From the NCBI RefSeq assembly GCF_003704095.1, contig NW_020843903.1:186001-250000 (forward strand): 64,000 nucleotides of DNA, in the 5' to 3' direction. The stretch comes from Pocillopora damicornis. Taxonomy: Eukaryota. This document shows, one piece after another, positions 50,601 through 64,000 of the stretch (the first letter of the stretch is position 1; each line of letters begins with the position of its first letter). The notes beneath the pieces are model-generated. The model saw only the letters and a list, made by a program, of their open reading frames with translations. It was not told the DNA's origin and made no database searches. Position numbers and translations under genes: made by a program.

Positions 50601-53600
50601 ATCAACTGAGTTGATAAAACCAAATTACTTGGTCCTGACTGGCCTTGCTCACAGCTGCTTTAGTTTGCATCTAATTGGTTGAGAAGATGGCGCAAGAAAA
50701 TTAATAATTACTTTACCATAAGAACCCTGGGAACCGAAACCATCGCTAGACTTGAAAGAAACACATTTCCAGCAAACCCTGCGATCAGATGGAAACTTAA
50801 GGGTGCATTAAACACAGTTTGAAGAAATCCGTTTGAATTACCGGTTTGTCATGAATTTTTTAAAGCCAGAAAAGTCATAACGTTTAGGACCCATCCAGCG
50901 AAGTTTCTCGCTATCCTGCATGACGTCACCAAAGAATCCATATGCTACCATGACAACACTGTAACGTAATATTTCATTCTTTCGTCTGACTGAGCAGACA
51001 TCGAGCGGCTGAAGGTCACCTGGAAAGATGAAAAAACAGCAGGTAAACCATAGTGGGCGGAGGGGGAGTGGTATCCGGGTGTCCACATTGTCTGACACCA
51101 AAGATATTGTGAAGACAGGATCATAAGTCACAACTCAATAGGAATTATTAAGAAAAAACTTGTCTCAAAATGTTCCTTAGCTTATTTAGGCAATAGTGGG
51201 AAAAGACATTTCAGAGATTTCTTTGTCAAAGTGTATCTGAAATCAGCCCCTGCAGTGAGTAGTCAATTATTTCACTCATTTTTCTGTCAGTCATTAAGTT
51301 GATTGGATGGTTAATCTGATAGTCAGACATTCAGTTAGTCTGTCAGTCAGTTCATCTGTCAGTCAGTCTACCAGTCAGTCTGTCATTCAATTGGTCAGTC
51401 ACTAAGTGAGTCACTCAGTGAGTCAGTCAGTCAGTGGTCAATTAGTCAGTCAGTCACTCAGCTAGTCTGTTGACAGTCAGTCACTCAGTTGTCACTTAGT
51501 CATCAGTCAGTTGGACAATCACTCTTTGGTGTGTCCCTAGTTCTACTAGTCAACCCCTTTGTCAGACTGTTATCATTCTACCAGTAGGTCAGTCAGTCAC
51601 ATTGTCAGTCAGCCAGTCATCAGTCTGTCAGTTGGTCATTAGCTATCATGTGAACACTAACTTAGCCTGTCGATAACTTAGCTATTCATATTAGCTATTT
51701 CTCTGTGTGACCCTTGGTCAGCCTGTCAATCCCTTCTCAGTCTGTTATCACTCAAAGAGACTTTTATCATACACCATCAGACAGCTATATGACCAGCCAG
51801 TCGTCATGTAAGTCAAACAGTCACCACACATTCATTTGAATAGCCTCCAGTTTTCATAACTTCCAACTTTGGAATTTATGGTTTCTACAGAAAAACGCCT
51901 CTTCCACTGACCTAAAATTATATGCAGGGCTGAAGTAATAGGATCATTATTTCCAGTTGTGCAGAAGGCAATAGCATCTGTTGACCCTATGATAAAATAT
52001 AGAAATACAAAAATTTTACAAAACTAATAAAAACAGAAAAACAACACTTAAACAACTTCAAGTGTCAATAGTGCAGATCTCTTATTGGCTCACTTTTCTT
52101 AATGCCTCAACCCTTTAACTCTCATGAGTGACCAAGACAGAACTTCTCCTTACAATATTAATACAATATCAACCAGATTAGTGATGAGAAGAAATAACAA
52201 TATCAATTTGGGGATAATTAGTTGATCCAATACTAAATTCCCTGAACTAACTTTATAAGAATTGTGTGGTTGACAGCAAGGAGGGTTTAACTTACTCCCT
52301 GGTGGGGAAATGCTTGTGCCACAGTAGTGATAATGAAGACCAACTTGTATGCTAATTTATCTTATGCTGTAGATGATTTTAGGAATAAATTCTTATCCTG
52401 ACCTCTCAATCTTGGGTTCAATGCATTGATTCATGAGTCACCTTGTCTGTCATGATCAATTACAGCAACTGGAAGATATTTGACTCACCTGCAGGTATGA
52501 TACCTATGGGAATATTTAGTGGTACAGGTTGGAAGTTATGGGATGTTGAATCCAACATGGCATCTTGTTGAGCTCGTATCAAAAGTCCGTTCAAGACTTC
52601 ATGGAACATACCGTCTCCACCAACAGAGATGACACTAAAAAAAACATTGGAGCAAGTTAATCATAATTCATGGTTTCTCTAAAAACAAAATATAGACAAG
52701 AACTTCTGAAGGGTGTTATTTTTTACCAAGTACTTCCTTCAATTGAAATTCAAAAAACATTTTATGATTTCCCTAATGTGAGAAAATACACCATATTTAC
52801 TTTAACTTGCTTTAAAAACCCTAACCTAATGCAAGGTAGAACACAACTCTGTACCCTGTAACCTTGTAAAGAACAGTGGTGAAGCTTAGGGTAGAAACCT
52901 AACCTGGAAGCTTGTGACATGACCATAGCAGTTTTATTTAATTTGGCTTAAAATCTTTTTTCATTTTTTTTAGTTATTATGTATTACACTTACCCATCAA
53001 TTTTCTCCAATCCCTCTTTTAGAAGATAATCTTTTGCATGATTTGCTCTCTGAGTAACTGAATAGAATAACAAGTCAAATATTATAGAATCATTATCAAT
53101 TATTATTTTCATTGTTCTCATTCTCATTATTATCATCACCATTATTGTTATCATCAGCATTATTAATATGATCATTGTTATAAGGCCTTTGACTTTAAGA
53201 GAGACTGGTCTCTAATTTCTCATTATCAGTATCACCCTTGAAACAATTGGAAAAGTCATGAGAATATCAGAAATGATCACCAATCTAAGAAGTTCCTGAT
53301 TGTCAAATGATTTCTCCTTGTCAGTATCATAGGAAATGTAGAGAAAACAGTGTGAAGAATTTGAATACCAATGTTGAGGTGTTAATCATTAGAAATGAGT
53401 ACAAGCAACTACACCTGTAAAACTTCAGCCTACAAAAAGACACAATATATGCTCCTGGTTTGTACGCGTGATTAATACTAATCAAAAATGTGATTTAAAA
53501 GTATTTAAATAATTCTGTATGTACTACTTAAGTGCAAAGGAATTGCACATTCTACACTTTGCTACATACTCACCTATTAAATCAACCTTGATGTTGGCTA

Positions 53601-55304
53601 GTTCAAATAATGGTTGCACCTGCTCTGTGTATATTTTACGACCTAATTTTCTTCCCCCAATTGGATTGATAAAAACCAGCAATCTTTTGGGCCTGTTAAA
53701 ACCTGCATAGAGAGATTTGAAAAAAATTGAAATGTATATCATCTTAAATATAGTAATAAACCCCTTTTAAACAAAAACGTTTGCTCTTGATTCTCTTTGG
53801 AAAAAGGGACAATAAGAATGATGGACACTGAGAAAGACTGTAAACAACTCTGTAGGGAAATTACATTCATGATCAACAGTTATAATAATTTTAGAGCCTA
53901 TTAATGTTAATACAGCTCATGAATACCTGAAAGAATGCTCTGTATACTATCAACCCATTCTTCACACAAACATTCATCATGGCAGTCGAACACAAACACT
54001 TTCTCTCTCCATTTGTGTTTCCTTGTTCTCTTGACAGCATAAACACAGAATGAGGAACTTTTAAATGAAGCTAACTCAATTTCTCCTTCTGTGGACTGCA
54101 CAGTCTTTATTTTATTAGGCACAACTGCAAAGACCTCAGACAAAGATAAGGTCTTCTTGAAAAAGGCATTACCTGAAAAACAAATATCCTATGACCTCAA
54201 TCAAAGCTACTTAATCATTGATAAAATCATAACCAATGACACTGAAATGCCAGTACTGTTACCAATGTTAGTCATACAAAACCAACCAAGCATATTACAG
54301 GAAACTTCCAGAGATTCCTTCTCATTTCATAAGCACTAGTACATGATCTTATCTTATATTATTAGCAGGCAAAGACGTCAGAGAAGTCTGATTTAATCAA
54401 TACTGTATTTCTTGTCATCGCATTAATCAGTTTTGTGTGTGTGACTTTTAATAAGCAACAGTAGGTGCCCTGAAGTATAAAAGCCCACGTCTTGTGAGAC
54501 ATTTTGGAATCTTATAAAAAAAGTAGAGACATTAAGAGTGGAAGCAGACTTTTACTGATACTAAAAAAAAACTGATTCACGCAAAAAAATTTTCTGTATG
54601 TTCACTTAGAACTATTTTTTTAAGGCTCAACTCTTGAGATGCAAAACCCGATCCCAAAAATATTCCAGTACAATGCTATAGTCAGACATACATTCGAGAT
54701 AATCTTATTGATATTGGGATAAGTCCTTGCAAGTCGAGCTATCACCATGGAAAGCGTTTTTTTAATATAGCGACATTACTTCATATTACGTAGCATTAAA
54801 ATAGGTTCATTGCAATTTCCTCTGAGGTGAAAAACTAGGACAAACTTAGTTAATGATCGTATCGTCAAAATCGGCGAAAAGTAAATAACAATCAGATTTG
54901 TTTATTTTCATGAACTAAGTCCATTGAACGCAACTTGAATTCGAACTCGCATCGGCGTTTTAACAGGAAATCTCCTCAGTGCGCAAAACCATTTGATTCA
55001 TACAGAGTTTAATATTGTGAAATCATCATCACCATATGGGCGAACGAGGAACTTAAAGATATAAACTAATCGATTTTGCAATCAATCAGCACAGCTGAAT
55101 CGCGCGATGAAGCTTGAAAAAAAAATTATGATCTTCAGATTACAACAGACACACGCGATGAAAACATTTCAAGATTTTCTCACCAAGTCCAGATTCTTCT
55201 ATACCCACATGTCCCCATGAAATAGATGTGCCTGATAAAATAACGTCAAAGGACTTGCCGTCAACATCTAACACTGACCGCAACAAAACACAGCCGTCCG
55301 CCAT
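47612..55304 (-). CDS. CERK: Ceramide kinase
   Basis: Twelve phase-compatible GT-AG exons: 55304-55184, 54172-53927, 53702-53574, 53057-52994, 52634-52489, 51986-51912, 51019-50842, 50107-50027, 49689-49625, 48425-48232, 48120-47891, 47699-47612. Motifs: N-terminal PH-like region, RPKRLLVFINPIGG, VGGDGMFHEVLNG, IPAGSTD, YGFFGDVMQDSEKLRWMGPKRYD, CRSGCHVC, GLSPSAHLADG, WNVDGE, VHRHLIRLFARGIEE. Confidence 0.96.
48875..49170. repeat. Tandem ~115-120-bp CCAATCAG-containing dispersed repeat
   Basis: Repeated ccaatcagg..aaaacttaaaccaat..gtgacttgg..ccgcgttttcc. Related copies at ~50190-50490 and ~6580-6800. Confidence 0.7.
51285..51810. repeat. Degenerate (TCAG)n microsatellite region in a CERK intron
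   Basis: Dense agtc/tcag tetramers. Confidence 0.85.
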
Positions 55305-55990
55305 GTTTATTTCTTTCTCTGAAGAAAAGGAACTAGTTTCCAGTTCTTCAGGTTAAGCCGGTACAGGAAGGTGAAAATGCTACGTAAGAGGGCGGGTGGA
55401 GTGGATGGGGGAAATATAGCTGTTACGGATCAGTTAGCGAAAAAAAAATTAAAGGAAAAGAATGGAAAAGCGTCGATGAATGTTATTCTAACTGGGCATT
55501 TATATTTTGTACGGTTTCCTATTTTATTTCTTAAGCTCCTTGTTCCTGACCGGGTTAAAATCTTTGTACAACAAAACATGCCATGATCGGGGGAGATTTT
55601 GACGTTTACGTTGCCCGGTGGAAAACGCGCCACGCGGATGTATTTGAAGGATTAGCCTATTTTCCGACTCAAGGGCCGCTGGGGGTGAAAAACATATCCT
55701 TTGACACAGCATACTTGCTATAACCTTGGTGGCGCATTTTTAGATGTTTTCTTTGAAGCAGGTCAACCGTGGCTATATTTAGCTTATTTCACATGCTGAG
55801 GGACTAAGATCAAGAGTTATCCCGAGTAGGACGTGAAATTTGCTGGTACTTCCTTTCACCGGGCAACATTGGCTTGATAATTGATCACAAATTTCTTTGA
55901 AAAGTGTAACGTCCAATCAAAATGCTTTGAAGGCAGCTAGCCTGAAAGGTGTTAATCGCCCTGCTCACAATGTATTATGGGTAATACAAC
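55305..55990. promoter_or_regulatory. Putative bidirectional promoter / 5' leader region between CERK and the PCTAIRE kinase gene
   Basis: Divergent genes. A GC-box-like GGGCGGG lies at ~55390, and AACATGGCG motifs face outward at 55304 (-) and 55991 (+). Confidence 0.45.
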
Positions 55991-56684
55991 ATGGCGATTT
56001 CAGGGGTAAGCGGCTTGTCTAGCGTTTCCCAAACATGACCTATAAACAAAGAAAAGAGCTCCTTTCTCCATCATCGGAAGGTACGAAATATTAGTTTATC
56101 TTTTTATTTCACTTTCACTTTCTATAATGACTATAATCAGGTCGTGGATTTTTATATTTGTGCATAGTACGGGGCGGTGCTTCTAGAATTTCGCTCGCTG
56201 TGGTGTCAAAAAAAATTTTTTGCCTGGCTAATCGCTCCCTTCTACTGTCCGTTAGCAGGAAATGACACTTGCACACACCCAGAGAAGTGCGGGAAGGAGC
56301 AATTAAACATCGACAGTTCAATCTGCTTTGTTGGTTTTTACATCAGAAGGATAACATGACAAAATAAATTTTTGTAGGTTTTGTTGAATTACTGTACGCC
56401 GTCGCGTATAGTGCCTTTAAATTAATACCCGGCAATTAACCGATTCGTCTCTACATTTGGAAAGCCTAGAGGAGCGTATAAAATATCTTTTGAATCTAAC
56501 AATACCGTAATTCAACTTATTTATTCTCGGATGGACTGGAATTTCCGAGACGCAGTAATTGTGAAGTGTAGTTTGCAGTAATGTGATTTTTTTCTTCATT
56601 TGTAGACTTTGACGACGTGGTTCAAGTTGTTATGTGAAGTTGAAGTCAATCTATGGCGTAAAGCTGAGTATTTTTACCCAGGAA

Positions 56685-59600
56685 ATGAGGAGAATCAAAC
56701 GAGCTCTCTCACTCAAAGGCAAGGGAACAGATGATACACTTTCCGAACTTGCGGAGCAAATGTCATTTGATGTGAACGGCAAAGACAATGGTGGGTTACA
56801 TTTAGCTTTCATGTAGATATATTAACCTTTCGTCTGTACCTAAATTATTTCGAAATTGATGCTCAGAGAACTTTGAACATAATATTTGTAGTTCAAACAG
56901 ATCACTTCTACTCATTAAGCCTGCGATTTTATTGGCCATGGGTATTTTGCCACTCCACACCGCAAAATATTGGATGACTAGCTATATCACATTTTAGGTG
57001 ATGTTGTCTCGATGTTTTTACTAACATGTTTGACGGTAGCTCGCGATTAATACAGATCCAAGTACTTAGCCAGATATTTCCTCCCCTTTTAAATATGTTA
57101 AGTTAAAGTATATTATTGATCCAGTGCGTAAAAAACATTAAAGTTAGCGGCCTCGTATTTGATTTTGCATCAAGTCTATCAAGCGCGAAAAGCTTTGATC
57201 TCGAAGTCATGTCTGTAGTTTTTGTTAACAAACAGAAGAATTGAGTTTGCATTATGTTTACAGGATAAACGCTTGAATAAACAGAACACTGATTTTATTT
57301 CCTTTTGGCGTGTTATATTTACATGATATCCAGTCTCATTTGAATGATGCATAAGCGAATCTCGTGTCTTCAGATTTTTTCTCACTCGTTGTACTGAACA
57401 TTCGCTCACGGAAAACGAACATACTCCGGCTGAAATTTCCCATTTTTCTGTTATTAACATATTACTTAGTCAATATTTGCCGGATACTGATCACCCTTTA
57501 GTGAGCCGTAAAAGTAATAATCTGACTGTATTGTCAGTTTTACGAGAAGACAGATTCTTTCGTGTTTACAAAGGTTAAAGGTGTTTGACAAAATTTACAT
57601 GTCAAGCGAGTGTTCTAATTGCGAACTTTCTTCATGCTTTGTGAATTTGTAGAATGTAGCCGCTATGTGATCTTGGTCAAATGTGCCTCACGGTTTCGAT
57701 TGAAGAAGATTAAGCGTTTGCTTAAAGCTAACGTCAATTCTGTTACACTATGTCAATGACTTCCTTTCAGATATGATAAACATTTAAATCTACAGCATTG
57801 TGAGAGAATTCTCGATGCGAAAAGCTTTTTCAACAGCTTTGCGTCTCCTTTACATAAAAGTCTCTTGATTAACTTGATGGTTAGAAATAAATAATTTATG
57901 TCTGTGGTTCAGGAATAGTTTATTTGTACAGATGTTTTTCTAGAAGCAATTTTTTTGAGATAAGATAGCATATTCTTGGGCATTTTTATAGAAGCAACTT
58001 GGAAAATATACTTCATGTTGCAGAACATTTCCTCTGATTAATTATACATTTTGAAGATTACAGCAAGTAGATACCAAGAAATGTTTATTTTCAAGTATTT
58101 CTTACAAAAAATATATATCTTCTAATGCAGTTTTAAATCTTCCTAACCCTGTCTTTTTCTTTGGGTCAAATTTTTTTTGAAGTCATATTATTTTGTACAG
58201 AACCATTGAATACTGCTGATAAATAATAACTAAATTTGTTTCTCTCTGGCCAATTAGATTTTTTCTTGTGTTAGATAAAGTTGCACACTTCAATTTACTT
58301 TTTACTACATAAAAAGGTTTGTTTTACAGTATGTTTCATTTGTGGTGTTACTGCAAAGAGTGCACCCCCAATTAAGCTAAGTTGTGTATTTTGAAGAAAA
58401 AATATTGACAAGGGCTATACTTGAAAAAAGTGCCTTACTTAGTTGTGTTTGATTCAAAATATTTACCTCGAGAGGGAGTGCTGAGTTCACAATCTAGAGT
58501 GATTTCTATTTTTTTGTATACATTGTTCAGGGTGATCACTAAGCACTTAGTCCTGGCAAAATTCACCAAGCAATTGCCAGTTGGATTTTGTCTGGTGATC
58601 GCTTAGTGAGGCACAATGGACACTGCTATGGTTACACACTTGCAATTATTCACCATCTTTAAGCCACTTCACTTGAAATTTCAGGCGGGTGTCTAATTTC
58701 TTAAATGCAACCATGATTGTTAGGGATTCTGTTGAGTCTTTTTGGGGAATGTTTTGACCAGGAAGTTCAAACATTTGAGTTTGTTGTTCTTGATCAGTGT
58801 TGTGTTGAAATGACTGTTTGAACAAAATAAAGAAACAGAATGATTACTTCGTCATGAAAATGCAAAACTCCTTCAATCACATCATCAATCAAAAATGAAA
58901 AAAAAATTTTTTTTTTTTTTGCGAAACTCCTAAGTTTTCTTTTAGATTGAATAAAATAATAATCATTATTCACTTGAGTGTTAAGGTAAGAATAATACCT
59001 TTTGAGTTAAGAATAATACCTTTTTCCAATGAGTATATTCTTTTTTACCTGGAGGGTATTTATTTTCTCTAAGCTCTGTAGGATATGATTATCATCGACA
59101 TTGAAGTAGCTCATTTTGCTCTCAAGTACTTGAATTTTCTGAAATTTGAGTGTTTGTTTTTTGAGTTGATTTGACTTAATCACTCACAAAGTAAAGTGCA
59201 CTTGATAACTTTGCATATATTGTATTTAAATTGACTAAAAATGAGATAATTGTATTTATATTTTTTCTACCAAATGGAGTAAGATATTCATGTACAATAG
59301 ATCAAATTCAATTTATTTGGTCATTTTGTTAGCTAAAGGACAAATTATTTGCAAAATGGATCTTTTAATTTTGATATAGTTTAATACAATGTATTGTACA
59401 TACCAGCCTGCTAAAAAATAGGAAGCAATTATATTTAGATGCATATGTTCACCTCACAACATAGCTTAGATTCAATTATATGTAGATTTTTATCAAAACA
59501 TGATTTCATTGATGAAAGTGAAAAGTATAGTGATGACTCTTGCTACTCCTTGAAAAGTCACACAGGATAGCAGAGTACAGTACAAAAGTATATGCTATTA

Positions 59601-60055
59601 AAAAAATATGTTCAGAAATAAATTTGGAGTTCATTAGGTATGGTTACATACAAGCAAGGTAAACAGCAGGATGTTATTTCGTAGACCACATTTACCATGT
59701 TGATAAAGTGCTCAGAGATATGCAAATATAAGGGGATAAAGGTTAATGTCTAAATGTTTTTCCTCAGCGCTGTCTCTTATTTTAAGAATGAAAGGTAGAA
59801 AAAAAGTTTCAAATCACCAAGCAATCCTTTTATCTGTTGAATTTTCAAGAATACCAAGGGATTTTTGGCAGTAGTAATAGGTACATGTACCACAGGCAGT
59901 AAATTTTACTTGTTACTGCCTGAAAAGGACCACACTGTTTTTCATTTTTTGTTTTATAAATAGGGCTACAGCACTCTTTTTTTTTTTTTTTTTTGCCAGG
60001 AGGTACTGTTTATGCAGATAAAATGCTTAACTTCCTCTGAGAAATTACATTTTAG

Positions 60056-60086
<31 letters not shown>

Positions 60087-61383
60087 AGGTATTTTTATTG
60101 ATACCTCTCAATTTTTTTTGAAGGATTATTTGTCATATGGAAAGGAAATATCTTGTGATAATCATAGTGTCAGAGTTGAGGGGATTATTTGACAATATTC
60201 TCTAAGCCCCAGAAGGATTTTTTTAGTTTTATCAAGTGTACCTATTTTGGTACTTTTCTGTGACATGCCATCTAGGAAGTTGGGTGATAAATCAATGAAA
60301 ATTGTGTTGTGGATCTCCTTGCGATTAACCAGAGAGTTCCTCAGGGTTTTTCTATAAAGGACAATAATCATATGTCATCTACCACCTGTAAGACCTCTGA
60401 CTGCTGTCTGTTTAGCATGTGAGCAGGCTCTAGTGTCTGGGTTACACCTTAAGGGCTTCTTTTCCACTCACAGCATACAAAATATTCAGTCACTAGGGCT
60501 AATGCATAAAAAAGGGAACTGAATGTATGAAGCTTATAACTTGCTCTTTGATTTTCCAAGACAGTTATTGGATCCTGTAGTGCTATAAACTGCCCAATAG
60601 GGGCATGGGGTTTTCAACATTTTGAATTCAATGAAAATGAGGTGTTAGAATCTGTCTCACATGGAAGTCACTTCCAGAAGAGATCATGATATTACTGCTA
60701 TCAAAAAGATTCCTTGTTGCCACGCGACTGTTAAGTAACAGATTACAGATGATGTCAAAATGTGGTTAGAACAAAAATTGGCATATGAGGTGCCATCAAG
60801 TGTTGCAAATGTTTTTAACCTATTTTTATGCCTGCTGCATTCTATTGCTGTACACGCCCACAGTCACAAGGAATCCAGGAGAATTAGTGATGAGATCTAA
60901 AAGGGGGGACTTAAAAGGGTTAAGATCATAACTTATTTATAGAAGTTGCTTGTGCTTCAGTTTTTCAATGTTTATATACAATGTTTAAAAATTACTACTA
61001 CTATTTCTATCCAAAAAATTACGCTATTGACATTGCTGATCCTAGCAGTATGCAGGACGCATGTCGTATGAACTTTGTAATAGACCTCGCTCACCATGGA
61101 GTCTCTGTGGCTCAGTGTTAGAGCATCAAAGTGCAAATCCGAAGGTCTGAGGTTTGATTCCTCATGGGGACTCAGAATTTTTTCTTTGTTCCACGCTCAT
61201 GACAAGATGAAAAAACATCTTTCTTAATATATTAAATATTAATACCTATATGTTCAATTTCATGTGTTACTAGGATTTGATCACCACAACGGACCATTAA
61301 AAGATGACATAGAAGGTGGAAGAGGATTTGAGGCGGCTGATGAATTCCTCCAGGTACCCATGAGGAAACCGCGCTCAAAATCA
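56685..61383 (+). CDS. CDK17: PCTAIRE-family cyclin-dependent kinase (CDK16/17/18-like), N-terminal exons only; gene continues beyond the window
   Basis: Exon 56682-56790 encodes MRRIKRALSLKGKGTDDTLSELAEQMSFDVNGKDN. This matches the CDK17 N-terminus as recalled (MKKFKRRLSLTLRGSQTIDESLSELAEQM..SKDN). It joins in phase 1 to exon 61274-61353/61383 (GFDHHNGPLKDDIEGGRGFEAADEFLQ..). The kinase domain is not in the window. Confidence 0.78.
61020..61225 (+). mobile_element. tRNA-derived SINE-like repeat (tRNA-like core 61099-61174)
   Basis: A box TGGCTCAGTGTTAG and B box GGTTTGATTCC, with acceptor-like ends GAGTCTC/GGGACTC. The anticodon arm is degenerate. Confidence 0.7.
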
Positions 61384-64000
61384 GTAAGCATCTTTATTTA
61401 TATTATTGTTTTGAATCCTCTAAATCATTTGATTCATTAGTAAGAGATGGGTGAGAAACTGACAGTTTTTTTACATTTCGGACCACTTGGCAGGATGGTA
61501 TGATTGGTCACATGCAGACCACACTATGTGTGGGTGGTTAATCATTGTTGACATGAGACAAACAAAATCAGTTCATGAGGGTTGTGAACAAAGCCTTCAT
61601 GGGCCCTTTGAAGCATTTTTTATGAAATTACTTTTGAAGGGGAAAACTACCACACTACCACAAATACATTGATTAACATTTCATTTAACTTTTTTTTGAG
61701 ACATTCAGACCAAGATGTAATTTAGATATGCAATTTTGAGAGCTTTTTTATAACCCAGCTTGTAGAGTTTGTTCATCTCATTTCAACAGATAATTAACCG
61801 CAAACACGTAGTGTGGTCTGCCTGTGGATTGGCAAAATCCTTTTTTTAAAAATGGTCAAAAGAAAGAATTCTGAAGCATCACTGAAAAAACCAGTGTGAA
61901 TTGTACATCTACTAATAAGGTTTTTTTAGAACTTCCTTAACTTCCTCTCTGAAGATGACCTTATCATGTGCTTTTCACCTGACTTCTTGACTGTTTACCA
62001 AAAGTGGCTAAAATAGTGCAGTTTTTGTGCATTGTAGTATTGAAATATAGCAAAGCAGCACTGTCAAATTTAGCAAGTTTGCATGGTAATTTGCTGATGC
62101 TGACTGTGGCTGATGGTACAAGCAAATTTAGAAAACTTTATCATTTTTTCCCTAATCACTCAACAAGCATAAATAAGGCATAATTAAGAAGCAGCAAATT
62201 ATACAATGAGCATATTTTACTTCAGCAGTTTCAAGGTGAGTTTTTCAGATTCTTTTCCTACTTGAAGAAAAAATCAGTACAGAATTTAAAATGAAACAAA
62301 GACAGAATCTTTGCCATTATTGTTGTATTTTGATTAAGAATTCTTGTTATTATTTGCCTTGGTACTGCAAAAAATTTCAGTTGACTATCTAATTCAGGAA
62401 TTCACAATTTCAATCTTGCACAGTGGTGTCATAGATAAGTTCATTTTTGGACAATGGCTTTGAAAACCTGAATTTAGGCCTAGATACTTGTTTCTCACTA
62501 GTAACGCTGTAGGAAAAATAGTGAATATAATTCTTCAAATTTTGCTTGAAACAGCTGACCAAAAAAAACAGGACAGATGTCTGCCTTATTGATGTTTTGT
62601 CTTAATCTTAAATATGTTAATGGTTTACAGAATTCAAACTTTACATCTGCCATGTGGGCATCTCTTTGTAGCTTTACCAAGATTATCTGTGCTCTAAGCT
62701 GAGTTTTTTCTTTTTCAAATTTACCATGTGGCAGTCAAGTCACAAGAAGGTTATGAAAAAGTACGAAAATTTTTAAAAAGGGATGAAAAAGTGAAAATAA
62801 CATTTTGTGAACAATTGGTAAATTTTTTTAAAAATACCCCTTTCACTGTATTTTAGACCATTGACAAAGAGTAAAAAAAAAATGGTTACAGTCTTCTGCA
62901 CTTCTTCCAAATACAAAGGGTGTCAGAGTGGTGACTTAACTCTGGGTAACTCCCATGAGTGACAAAGAGAGAATTTCTCCTTACATTATAAATTTAATAT
63001 CAAGCAGAAAAGTGATGAAAATAAAGGAAAATATCAATTAGAGAATCACTAGTTGATCCAATACCAAATTCTCCAATTTAACAGTACAAGAATTATATGG
63101 CAGACAGCAAGGCATCTCATTTCTCCTTACAATATCATCCCCCTGAAACAAACATGAAAGTCATGAGAATGTAGCAGATGATCACTAACTAAAGCAACTC
63201 TTGATTGTTAAACAAATTCTCCTTATCAGCCTCTTTGGAATGTATAGAGAACAGTATGGAGAATATGCATTTTGATGTTAGGGTGTAAAGGGTTATTGCT
63301 CTCTAATACAAATTACACACTGTAATGAATTGTTACAAAATGTTAAAATGTTGTCAAAATGTTACACGCCTCCTGCAGGTGAGAAACAGGTGGTTTAAAG
63401 TTTGCAGGTGGTTTAATTGATTCAGTGATGATAAAATAGTCATGACATAAAGGAAAAAAGTGTGAATTTTAATATTAGTGTTGTAAGCATGCATGTGGAA
63501 ATAAGCAAGGTGTGAGGTAAGGTTTGCGAGAAACACATGTTTTCTAATCTGAGTAAAAAGTTTCAAAATTTTTTTTTTCTAATCTGATGTTTTATTGGAC
63601 ATTACTACAGTATTTTTGTTACCTTGCAAACGCATGCATGATGGTCTTGAGAATAATGTTACAGACAATTACAATACAAGTATCCATTTTTGCTAATAGT
63701 TATGAGTTTCTTGAATTTCATGAATCAGATTCTTTAGTGTTAAATGGTTGGGAAAGTGTTGTCAACTGAAATGACAATAGCAATCATATTTGCAGTGTTA
63801 AGTGTGTATTTGACTGGTTACAACAGCATTGATGTTTGGAAAAAAACAGTTTGTGGTTGGATATGAAATAATTTATTGGTTACTGCTGCAGTTTTCAACT
63901 GAATATAAATTGCATGTTGCTTACTGTAGATTAAGTTTGATAGCAATTACAATTTCAATCAGATTCTTTAGCATTCAATCATGCAAGAAATTTTGAGAAG

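Noticed and set aside
61099-61174. Functional tRNA gene
   Set aside because: The D-loop GG and T-loop TTC are mutated, the anticodon stem does not pair well, and it is embedded in repeat flanks. It is SINE-like.

Overview
This is AT-rich, intron-containing animal genomic DNA with assembly gaps. It is most likely from a scleractinian coral, inferred from the repeat families and gene types. From left to right it contains: (1) three paralogous genes for small secreted Cys-rich precursors (signal peptide, 6-Cys half colipase-fold domain, acidic spacer, dibasic KR site, 10-Cys colipase/prokineticin/Dickkopf-type domain); (2) a gap-interrupted ADP-ribosylglycohydrolase gene; (3) an LRR-containing GPCR (LGR type) with a very short ectodomain; (4) two convergent 2-exon CLN3/battenin-like paralogues flanking a single-exon rhodopsin-class GPCR; (5) a complete 12-exon ceramide kinase, head-to-head with the 5' end of a PCTAIRE (CDK16/17-type) kinase gene. 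Introns and intergenic DNA hold many MITEs, tRNA-derived SINEs, an L1/Tx1 3' remnant, a 34-bp minisatellite and a Penelope-type minimal hammerhead-ribozyme motif. The best candidate for an undescribed system is the '1.5 colipase-fold' propeptide family, which the ORF track misses because of its small phase-0 exons. All gene models were spliced by hand and no database searches were run.
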